Positions 13,678 through 24,600 of a DNA stretch of 64,000 nt are shown piece by piece. Source of the DNA: Lama glama (lineage: Eukaryota). A program made the position numbers and the translations under genes. The notes under the pieces are model-generated. The model did not search any database, was not told the DNA's origin, and worked only from the letters and a program-made list of their open reading frames with translations. The stretch is taken from positions 6,822,001 through 6,886,000 of the forward strand of contig CM052832.1 of the NCBI GenBank assembly GCA_028534125.1. Reading direction: 5' to 3'. Position 1 is the stretch's first letter. Every line of letters starts with the position of its first letter.

Positions 13678-14429
13678 ACTACGTAACTCACACAAAGGCA
13701 TTAAGCACAGAGAGAGGAAAGCACTTTTCCCTATTTTCTGAATTTCCTATTAGCAATAACCTTCAAAAGATATCTTTTGAGGCTTCACTACCTTAAGGGT
13801 CTTAACAAAGACACAAGGGGGGAAGACTCAGGCTTTGTATCACACAGTCTTTTTTTTCTGTAACAGCTTTTCTTAAAATCATTTCTTCATTAGATGTGCT
13901 CTGCCTGGTTGATCCATTTTATTAACCATCACAGAGAATTTTCTACCTCAACGGTTTACTTGGGATACACACTCTTATTAAAGGTAAATATAAAAATATA
14001 GGAACCTTTTCCTCCCTGATACACAAAATCCACAAATTTTATAAAGATTTTTGTTGTTTAATTTACAAATATAAAAACTTATTCGAAAAGCAGACCCATG
14101 AAATTTTGGTATAGTTTCACCTGAAGATGTGTCAAATCTTCATTGCAAAGAGAAAAAAAAAAAAAAGGCAAAGGCAGTATTTTTCTTAAAAAAAAGTTTC
14201 CAGTTAGAGAAACGGTGTTAACGAATGATTTTCTAGCAGTTTTTCCTATGGTCAGGGTCTTCTATACTAGCTAATGCTGCAAAGCAAAACACAAGGAAAA
14301 ACAGAACACAATCATTTTGGCATGCTTGGTCCCAGCGCTGTCTTTCAAAGTAGACTTTTTCATAGTGAGAACACCACTCCTGGGGTATGTCCTAATCAAA
14401 GCCACTTTATACAAACCCCCACACACTCG

Positions 14430-14794
14430 TTACCCAATTAAAGGATCGTCGTCGTCATCTTGCAGCTGAAGTCGGGAGAATGGCCGGGGCCCCGAGAGTC
14501 TGTTCTGCATGACTATGATGAGGCAGGTGAGAGTGGTTAAGACCAAGAGCGCACCAATAACAATTCCGATGGCTTCTGGGAGATTGATGCACCACTGGTC
14601 GACCAGCAAGCACTTGGTATGACTGAAGGTTCCATTATTGGGACGTGGCTTTAATCCCAGGATGTGGCACATCATTGGGTAAATGTCCACAATGTTAATG
14701 GTGCTATGTTTGTAGCCTTTGTGAAATGCAGGCCCATGGGCAGCTAGGAACGGATTCATACTCGGCAAAGAATTATCATAACCATGGTCACCTA
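14430..14794 (-). CDS. ENPP4: ENPP4 exon 4 (last coding exon: GDHGYDN zinc-ligand motif, transmembrane helix, acidic tail)
   Basis: Acceptor tttcAG at 14796-14795, phase 1. Translation (L)[27 protein letters not shown]...[23 protein letters not shown]...DDDDDPLIG*. Confidence 0.97.
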
Positions 14795-15984
14795 CTGAAA
14801 AAGAACAACAGGACGTTAATAAACAAGATCGTTTCTATCACAAAATAACTCACTTTTAGTGTCAAGACACTAGGTTCTTACCAGTGCATTCTCACCCATT
14901 AGAATTCTGATGAATTGGGTAAAATTTCCTGTTTCCTTAGACTCGGCCACATCCCGTATTTCACATACACCCCCTTTATCCCAATCACTCATGGCCTCAG
15001 GCTTTAAAACTATGTCTCAACCTGATGTACTCATCTCTCAGTCCGAGCCCCACTTATATCACCTGTCCGGGTCCAGCACTGTTTGCAAAAGCACACTGCA
15101 GACAGCACCGGAGACAGAGTGGGTAGGAAGAGGAGTCAGTGAGACCAGTGCGTGGGGAGGTGGGGGATCTGCAGCCTCCCCTGTCAGCTGCTCCAGGACA
15201 AGAAACAGGACTGTATCACCTACCCCTGGCTTCATGACAGCTAACCAACACCTCAACGTCTGCAGGGCCAGGTGACTGACAATGTTACCAAAGGATCTTC
15301 TTGCATTGCAGGTGAAGGCTAAGCTAAGCTGACTTCCAACTTGTCAGTCCAGTAAAAGTCTAACTCAGAAAAATCTGATGGTCTCCAGTATCACTCCAAT
15401 ACCAGTCTCAATAGTGCCTTTTAATATACGCCAATTACATTTAATAAGCTCCCTCTCCCATATGAAGTGCAGGTGGCTGAGTGATGAGTGTAACGTGTCT
15501 GTTACCTCATTTTGTAACAGCACGTGTAAAACATTTCATAACAAAAATTACGTACAATGCAATACAATGCAAAGCAGAATGTAACGCTATAGATACTATG
15601 ATTTCAATACTATAAATGAATGATTATAATATGAATAATATAAACAATATGACCACAATAAAAACATGCATGTGTATGTAACAGAGAAAAAGATTAGAAG
15701 GGGGAAAACTCCCGCAATGAACACTTGTCTACACTTCTGTATGGAGGGATTATGGACAGTTTTTGTTCCCTTTTCTAAATGTTTTCTTTATTTTCTAAGT
15801 TTTCAATAATGAGTACATAAACATAAGTAATACATAAAGTCCAAAGGCCTTCAGTCTTATCCTCGCCTGGTGCGTCTGAGCTGCTCTGGATCAGGGACCT
15901 GCAGACAGCAGCCCCCCGGCCACGTGCAGCCCCCGCCTGTTCCCGCAGAGGAAGTGTCAGCAGAACACCCTGTGTCAGTCTGTT

Positions 15985-16113
15985 CACATACTGGCCATGG
16001 CTGCTTCCCCACCACACAGGCAGAACTGAGGGGCTGAGACAGAGACCGGCTGGCCCACAAAGCCTAAGATATTTACCATCTGCCCTTTCACAGAAAAATT
16101 TTCTAACTCCTGC
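15985..16113 (+). mobile_element. MER58-like hAT-Charlie fragment
   Basis: gacagagaccggctggcccacaaagcctaagatatttaccatctgccctttcacagaaaaattttctaactcctg resembles a MER58 end. Confidence 0.7.
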
Positions 16114-16774
16114 TGTAGTCTAAAAAATCAGATTTTAAAAAAATGTATTCAAAATGTATTTACATATGGGTAAATAAGCTTCAGTTCAGGGAAGATCTGG
16201 AATTCTCCCCTATACATTTCCTCAGTTTTAGGAGAGATTTGGATCCATCTATTTAATCTACTTGGTAGATTTTTGCTTGCACACTTTCTGGTTCTTGCCT
16301 GGTGTTCTAAATGGCTGTAGCACTCAGGTACAGGATTTCATCATTGGGAAAAGACCTAGGATTACCTAGACAAATACATATTTTTAAACGAAAATAAAGA
16401 AAAAGGAATTTGAACTAGCTAATCTCTACCCTTTTACTTTCTTTACTTTTTAATCTTCTCTGTTCCTTTACTGTTCCTTTATTTTTACAGGTCAGGAGAA
16501 CCAACCTTCAAAGTTACAACAGCAGTAGTGCAGTTTGGGAAATAAAGTAAAATGACTCCTTGACCCGTAAGATCACCCAATCTTCTAATCTGAGGGTGAA
16601 ATAGCAGTTTCTATAAACTGCTTCCAAATGAAAACCTGCTAATAATCTAGTTGAAAATTAAACTAATTATACTGTGTCAACATCTCTAAATCAAAGTACC
16701 CTGTTAATGGGACAATGTCACAACATGTGATTTATCCCTGGGATCCAAAAGGAAGATCCTAAATCAATGCTTAC

Positions 16775-16948
16775 ATTTTGGTGGCGATGATTTGTTTAGC
16801 GCAATTGTCCAGCCTTCATCAGCAACCAGAATAATGGGCTGAATTCGATCATTATGTTGGTAATGAAATCTGGCAGGAATGTCTTCTTTGAGATAAACAT
16901 TCATGTGCAGGTTACAGATTTTCAGTTTGTTATAAGCCTCTGTTATGT
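16775..16948 (-). CDS. ENPP4: ENPP4 exon 3 (174 bp)
   Basis: Acceptor ccttccAG at 16950-16949, donor GTAAGC at 16774-16769. Translation (N)ITEAYNKLKICNLHMNVYLKEDIPARFHYQHNDRIQPIILVADEGWTIALNKSSPPK; phases 1/1 join exons 2 and 4 in frame. Confidence 0.97.
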
Positions 16949-17571
16949 CTGGAAGGAAAGGAAGGAGCAAGGAAAAAAAGTCACAGTTGACTGATAAGGA
17001 AAAAATATTTCTAACTAGAATAACTGGAAGTAAGTCCTGAACAATGTTATCCATTACATCACTTTTAATCATTTAAAAAACAGAGCAATAATAATTATGT
17101 AACAGTGTTGGAGACAGACAGACACACACACCTTTTCAAGTGTTCACTTCTCTGTCTCTCTCATGTTGTGATTATCCCTGGTGGACTTTTATACAAAGAG
17201 GACAAATTTCACACCTGGCTTCCTAAGTAAATATAAACTCCTTACATATTATTACTCATTACTAATTCTAAGATCAGTAAATGAAAGGTAGATCTCACAC
17301 AAAAGTTCAAGATGTTTTTTAAGGATCAAAATTTACTTTTTCCATTAGTGTGAATAATTAAGAAATACATCAGAAAGCAAAGAAATAATCACCTTGAACC
17401 TAAACCTTAAGCTAACTGATTGCTTAAAAACTTATGCATTAGGGGAAAAATACAATCCCACTCTAAGAGTAGGTGGTCGTGAACTACAAAAAGCCCAAGC
17501 TTCATTCTTTTACAAAACCCTCCCTTACTCAACTGCCCCATTCAAATACTCCTTGCTGAAAGTTTACTTAC

Positions 17572-18397
17572 TGATTTTGGGAAGTATTGCAGCAACTGGG
17601 GTCAAATCTATAAGAGTGTAGTCTGAACGGTTGATGCACGCATCCAAGTTTATCAGCCTCCCCGAAGAACACTGCGTCATCCCATGATCACTTGTAATGA
17701 TCACGTTAAGATTTTCCCACAGTCCTAACGCCTTGAGCTTGTGAACTAGCTCACCGACATGGTCATCTATTTCCTTCAACACTCTGCGCATGTTGTCTTT
17801 ATCTTCAGGGCCGTACCTGTGGCCGCTTGCATCTGGTTCTTCCCAATAGAGTGTCGCAAAGGTGACTGGTGGGTTGGAACTGCTCAGCCACGTGGTGATG
17901 TTACTGAGCCTCTCCCCGAATGACACCGAGGAGCTGTAGTTCATGAAATAGGAAGGCGTGGCATTGTGAATGGGGACGTCGGTCCCAGGCCACATAGCAG
18001 CAGCGCTGGACCTGTTTTCCTGAAGCTGGTTGGTCACCCAAATAGGCACTGCCTCATTCCACCAGAAAGGATCCTTGTCATTGAAGTCGGAGAAGTGTTT
18101 CTTGGTGACGACATCATACATGGAGTTGGCCACAATGCCATGGCTTTCTTCATACAGGCCTGTCACAATACTGTAGTGGTTTGGAAATGTTTTTGTGATA
18201 AAAACATTTTTAACCTGCTCTACTAAGATGCCTTCTTTGATAAAATTCTGGAGATGAGGAAATTCAAAGTTCCGGAGATAGTCAGCTCTGAAGCCATCAA
18301 AGGATACAAGTAGTAGCTTGGGTGGCAATGTATAGGAAGAGTTCCCTCTGCCACCAGTTATGAGTCCGGAAAACAGAAGTATCAGAAATAAGCGCAT
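17572..18397 (-). CDS. ENPP4: ENPP4 exon 2 coding part (signal peptide plus N-terminal catalytic domain); exon starts at 18430 with 33 nt of 5'UTR
   Basis: ATG at 18397 ([15 protein letters not shown]). NPP-family motifs SFDGFR, TKTFPNH (catalytic Thr), [14 protein letters not shown]. Donor GTAAGT at 17571-17566, acceptor ttttAG at 18432-18431. Total CDS 826+174+365=1365 nt = 454 aa plus stop. Confidence 0.98.
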
Positions 18398-18804
18398 AAT
18401 GGACGCGTTGAGGGAGGGCAATCAGGGTTCCTAAAATATAAACACACCATTCACAAGTAATAATGTTATTTGATTTGGGTTAGGTTTCTGAAGTTTAGCC
18501 ACGAGTTTAGCCATGAAAGCCAACATTTGTAAACTTTTTTATACCAGCTTTACCTATATCAGTTGAGAAAGTAAAGTGTCACTGAAAGATAACTGAATAA
18601 AGCTAAAGTTGGAAAAAATAAAAATTGCCTCTCCTTGTCCAATCATGTGTCCTGCCCCATTTTTCATGCTCTGAAAGGGATGTGGGCATTCTTATATTTG
18701 TGGACACACAAATACTCCCATTTGGCTACCTTGCTTGTCTGCAGCAGCAAAAAGTTGTTCTAGATTCTTATCCTATGTTCTTATTAAAGCCTTCAGAATA
18801 ATTT

Positions 18805-21800
18805 AGCTCACCCTCTCCCACGAATACACCGAGACATCCACAGACCCACCCAATCACTCAGAACACCTGCTGATCTTTGACAGAATGTCGCCTACTTCAA
18901 ATGACAAAATTCCTCACAAAATCTAGTAGGAGGAAAAAAAGAGAAGAAAAAGGCAATTCAGGTGGGACCTGTCCTGCAGGGAGGGAGCGGCAAAGGAGGA
19001 ATAGTGCTCTTATGCTGGGACACCCCCCCCCCAATGGAGAGGGCAGTGGGATGGGGCAGGGGGATCCTCCGAGGCTTGGAGGAGTGCACAGCAGCTGCCT
19101 CGCCAACAGAACTGAGAGAAACCAGCACAAAAGGTCCCTGCGATCCCCAGCCCTAGATGCGAGCTGGTGTGGGTGGGCTGGGGCTGGCTGCCCAAGCCAG
19201 GTGGAGGGCTGAAGCTGACTGCGCAGAGGCAGCCTCATGGGGCTGGAGTGTGTTGTGGGCCGTGGCTGGGAGTATATACAGAAAGGAATAGCCTGGGTCC
19301 CCATTAACCCAGATGGGCCAGAGCCACTGCCTCTGCAGGCCTGTGGCACCATTGCAGGTGTGTAATCAGGGGGGAAGAGGTGGGACACAGCCATTGCCAC
19401 CATATTCACTGGTGCATGGCTCCCAGGTGGAGATGGGGCTGAAACCTGAATCCACACCCAGGGGCTCTGCAACTTCATAGGTGGGACTGAGATTTGTTTA
19501 CAGTCCCAGGCAAAGGGGGCTGATTTGCTCCCCAGGTGCCTTTGTGGACCCATGCCTCTAAGACAAACAAGGAGTGGAGTTCTGGCACACAGCGGGGGTG
19601 AGTGCAGGACAACGTTTTCAGCAGACCTGCCTACAGTACGTGGACGAGGCACTGGGGACAGCACGGACTAGGTGGCATGCCATGGATCCAGGTGTATGAC
19701 TGAGTGATCTTTACAACGGACCCAGATGTCGGTGGATCTGCACTGATAGCTCTGAGGGTAACCACAAGTCAAAAGCACACAATAGAATCACAAAAACCAA
19801 AAAAAAATCAAGATAATACAAAAGAAAATAATCAAACCACAAGAAGAAAAAGGAACAAAGAGGAAATACCAAATCAACTGGAAAATTAAGTTCAAAATGG
19901 CAATAAACACACATCAATCAATAATTACCATAAGTGTCAATGGAAAAAAATGCTCCAATCAAAAGACAGAGTGGCAGACTGGATAATAAAAACAAGAGCC
20001 TAAAATATGTTGTCTACAAAGACCTACTTTAGGGTGAAAGACACATGTAGATTGAAAGTGAGAGGATGGAAAAAGATTTTATGCAAATGGAAACAACAAG
20101 AAAGTGAAAGTAGAAATAGGTATCAGAGAAAACAGACTTTAAAACAAAGGCCATAGAAAAATACATATATATTGATTACTATATAATGGTGAAAGGAGCA
20201 ATACAAGATGAAGATATTACACTTCTTAACATACATGCACCCAATATAGGAGCACCTAAATACATAAAGACATAAATACTAACAGACATAAAGGGAGAAA
20301 TTGATGGGAACACAATCATAGTAGGAGATTTTAACACCCCATTAATATCACTGGACAGATCTTTTAAACAGAAAATCAATAAGGCAACAGGAGATACTAA
20401 ATGACATGACAGAACAGTTGGACTCAGTTGATCTTTGTAGGACATTACATCTCCAAAAAAACAGAATGTACACTCTTTTCAAGTGTGACGGAACATTCTC
20501 TAGGCTAGAAAATTTATCGGACACAAAAGAAGCCTCAACAAATTTAAGAGGATAGAAATTATTTCAAGCATCTTTTCTGACCACAATGTTATGAAACTAG
20601 AAAATCAACCACAGAAAAATAAAGGAGAAAAAAAGAGCATTGAGATTAAACAACATGCTACTGAAAAACAATGGGTCAGCAATGAAATCAAAGAAGAAAT
20701 TAAAAATACTTTAAGACAAATGACAAAACACAACCACACAAAATCCATGGGATGCAGCAAAAGCAGTCCTAAGAGGGAAGTTCATAATGATACAGGCCTT
20801 CCTCAAAAACAAGAACAATCTCAGGTAAACATCCTAACCTATCACCTAAAGGAATTAGAAAAAGAAGAGCAAACAAAACCTAAAGTCAGCAGAAGAAAGT
20901 AAATTATAAATATCAGGGTGGAAATAAATAAAATGGAGATTTAAAAAATAGAGAAAAAAATCCATCAAACCAAGAGCTAGTTTTTTGAAAGAGTAAACAA
21001 AATTGACAAATCTCTGGCCAGGCTCACCAAGAAGAAAAGAGAACACACACACACAAAACAAAATAAGAAAGGAAAATGGAGAAATTACAACCAATATCAC
21101 AGAAATGTAAAGAAAAAAAATACTATAAACAACTATATGGAAACAAACTGGACAACATAGAAAAAATGGACAAGTATCTGGAAACACACAGTCCACCAAG
21201 ATTAAATCAAGAAGAAATTGACCACTTTAACAGACTGATCACTAGAAATGAAATAGAATCAGCAATTAAAAAAACCTCCCCTATAGACAAAAGTCCAAGA
21301 CCAGACGGCTTCTCTGGGGAAGTCTACCAAACATACAAAGAACTCACCCCAGTCCTTCTCAAACTCTTCCAAAAGACTGAAAAGAAGGGAGTACTCCCAA
21401 ACTCATTCTATGAAGCCATCATTACCCTGACACCAAAACCAGACAAGGACACTACTAAAAAAGAAAATTACAGGCCAACATCACGGATGAACATAGACAC
21501 AGAAATACAAAACATTAGTACACAGAATCCAACAGCACATAAAAAGGATCAAACAACATTATCAAGTTGGATTCAACCGAGGGACACAAGGATGGTTTAA
21601 CATAAACAAATCAATCAATGTGATACACCACATCAACAAAGGAAAGGGCAAAAATCACATGATCACCTCAATAGATGCAGAAAACGCATTTGATAAAACA
21701 ACACCCATTTATGATAAAAACAACACAGTGGGTATAGAGGGAACATATTTCAAGATAATAAAAGCTATTTATGACAAACCTACAGCCAGGATAATACCCA

Positions 21801-24035
21801 ATGGTGAAAAACTGAAAGTCTTCCCACTAAAATCTGGAACAAGACAAGGATGCCCACTCTCACCACTTCTATTCAACATAGTCTTGGAAGTCCTAGCCAC
21901 AGCAATCAGGCAAGAAAAAGAAATAAAAGGGATCCAAATTGGAAGAAAAGAGGTAAAATCATCACTATATACAGATGACATGATACTATATACAGAAAAC
22001 CCTAAAAGCTCCACACAAAAACTACCAGAGCTAATAAAAGAATTTGGCAAAGTCGCAGGATGCAAGATTAACGTACAGAAATCAGTTGCATTTCTTTACA
22101 TTAACAATGAAAATAGCAGGAAAAGAAAGTAAAGAAACAATCCCTTTTAAAATTGCATCCAAAACAATAAAATATCTAAGAATAAATCTGACCAAGGAGG
22201 TGAAAGACTTATACACAGACAACTCCAAAACACTGATTAAGGAAATTAAAGATGACCTAAAGAAAAGGAAAGACTCCATGCTCTTGGATTGGGAGAATCA
22301 ATATTGTTAAGATGACCACACTGCCCAAGGCAATCTACAGATTTAATGTGATCTCTATCAAATTACCCAGGACATTTTTCACAGAACTAGAACAAATAAT
22401 CCTATAATTTATATGGAATTACAAAAGATCCAGAACTGCCGAAGCAATACAGAAGAAAAAAAATGAAGCTGGAGGAGTAACCCTCCCAAAGGTCAGACAA
22501 TACTGTAGAACTACAGTAATCAAAACAGCCTAAAAACAGACATGGATCAATGGAACAGAATAGAGAGCCCAGAAATAAACCCACAGACCTATGGTTAATT
22601 ACTCTTTGACAAAGGAGGCAAGAACATACAATGGAGAAAAGACAGTCTCTTCAGCAAGTGGTACTGGGAAAACTGGACAGCAGCATGTAAATCAATGAAG
22701 TTAGAACACTCCCTCACACCATACACAAAAATAAGCTCAAAATGGCTTAAAGGCTTAAATATAAGACAAGACACAATAAACCTCCTAGAAGAAAATACAG
22801 GCAAAACATTCTCTGACAAAAATCTTAGCAATGTTCTCTAGGGCATTCTACCCAGGCAAGAGAAATAAAAGCAAAAATAAACAAATGGGACCTAATCAAA
22901 CTTATAAGCTTTTGCACAGAAAAGGAAACTAAGTAAAACAAAATGACAACCTATTAAATGGGAGAAAATATCTACAAATGATGCGAATGAGAATGATTTA
23001 ATTTCCAGAATATATAAACAGCTCATACAAATTAAAAACAAAAAAAACCAACCAATCCAATCCAAAAATGGGCAGAAGACCCAAATAAGCAATTTTCCAA
23101 TGAAGACATACAAATGGCCAACAGGCACATGAAAAAATGCTCAGCATTGCTAATTATCAGAGAAATGCAACTCAAAACTACAATGAGGTATCACCTCACA
23201 CCAGTCAGAATGGCCATCATTCAAAAGTCCACGAATGACAAATGCTGGAGAGGGTGTGGAAAAAAGGGAACCCTCCTACTGCTGGTGGGAACGTAGTTTG
23301 GTGCAGCCATTATGGAAAACAGTATGGAGATTCCTCAAAAGACAAAAAACAAACTTACCATATGATCCAGCAATCCCACTCCTGGGCATATATCCGGAGG
23401 GAACTCTAATTCAAAAAGATACATGCACCCCAATGTTCACAGCAGCACTATATACAATAGCCAAGACGTGGAAACAACCTAAATATCCACCGACAGATGA
23501 CTAGATAAAGAAGTTGCAGTATGTTTATACAATGAAATACTTCTCAGCCATAAAAAAGAATAAAATAATGCCATTTGCAGCAACATGGATGGACCTGGAG
23601 AATGCCATTCTAAGTGAAGTAAGCCAGAAAGAGAAAAGAAAAATACCATATGGTATCACTCATATGTGGAATCTAAAAAAAAGAAAAAAGATGACACTAA
23701 TGAACTCATCTACAAAACAGAAACAGACTCACAGACATAGTAAACAATTTTCTGGTTACCAGGGGAAAGGCAGTAGGAAGGGCTAAATCTGGAATTTGAG
23801 ATTTGTAAATGTTAGCCACTATATATAAAAATAAATTTTAAAAACCCCAAATTTCTTCTGTATAGCACGGGGAACTATATTCAGTATCTTGTAATAATCT
23901 TTTATGAAAAAGAATATGAAAACAAATATATGTATATGCATGACTGGGACATAATGCTGTACACCAGAAAGTGACACACTGTAACTGACTACACTTCAAT
24001 TTAATAAAAAAGAACAAATGAAGAAACAAAAACAA
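18805..24035 (+). mobile_element. LINE-1 in ENPP4 intron 1, antisense to the host: 5'UTR, inter-ORF spacer, decayed full-length ORF2 (~19897-23676) and 3'UTR/A tail; ORF1 absent
   Basis: GC-rich L1-type 5'UTR (agctcaccctctcccacgaatacacc...) to ~19756. ORF2 start ATGGCAATAAAC at 19897. EN and RT motifs in broken frames ([39 protein letters not shown]). A-rich tail ~24003-24035. Confidence 0.93.
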
Positions 24036-24414
24036 TTCTTTTGCACAAAGTAGAAATAACGCTAGGCTTCCAGGGGCTCCAGAGAAGGAGAATATTTTTC
24101 TAGTTTAATGGTCGGTACACTATAGTTCCTTTTAACCCACAGAAATAGGAGATGGAAAGTCAACCATACTGGCTCATCACAAGTATCGGCTGAAAAATAT
24201 TGGCATTAAAAAAAGGGGAGTAAGAAATAAATGCTATTTGAGAAAAAGGTCCCACTTCTATCTGTACCTGCCTAATATTCACACGAGGCTGACCAAAAGG
24301 CAAAACCTAGAGGGACCTGGATGCCACAGTAACTTCTGAAGAAATCCAACAGCTGTTGAAATGAACTTCATCACCACATTACTTTTAAACTTCCTTCTTC
24401 TTGTCAAAGACATA

Positions 24415-24600
24415 TAGTTGGTTCCCCGTATCCACGGGTTTCACATCCATGGATTCAACCAACCGTGAATGGAAAACCCAGAGGCACCAACTGTATTCAC
24501 CGTCCTACACCATTCTATTGAAGAGACTAGAGCATTGGCGGATTTCAGTATTTGCAGGGGCTCCTGGCACCAATCTCCTGTGGACACTGAGGGACAACTG
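24415..24600. mobile_element. MER2-like non-autonomous TcMar-Tigger element
   Basis: Inverted termini tagttggttccccgtatccacggg / cctgtggacactgagggacaactg; TA target duplication at 24413-24414 and 24601-24602. Confidence 0.8.

Noticed and set aside
14754..14756. ENPP4 SMNPF versus the SMHPF I recall for human, as a possible loss of a metal ligand
   Set aside because: The zinc-ligand His is the one in GDHGYDN, which is intact, as are the other catalytic motifs (DGFR, TFPNH, DASGH, SDHG).
18398..18421. N-terminal extension MPSLNASI of ENPP4 in the ORF track
   Set aside because: It begins at a TTG in the 5'UTR part of exon 2; the ATG at 18397 starts the signal peptide.
19897..23676. Active L1 reverse transcriptase
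   Set aside because: Multiple frameshifts and stops; the longest fragments are ~170 aa and ORF1 is absent.
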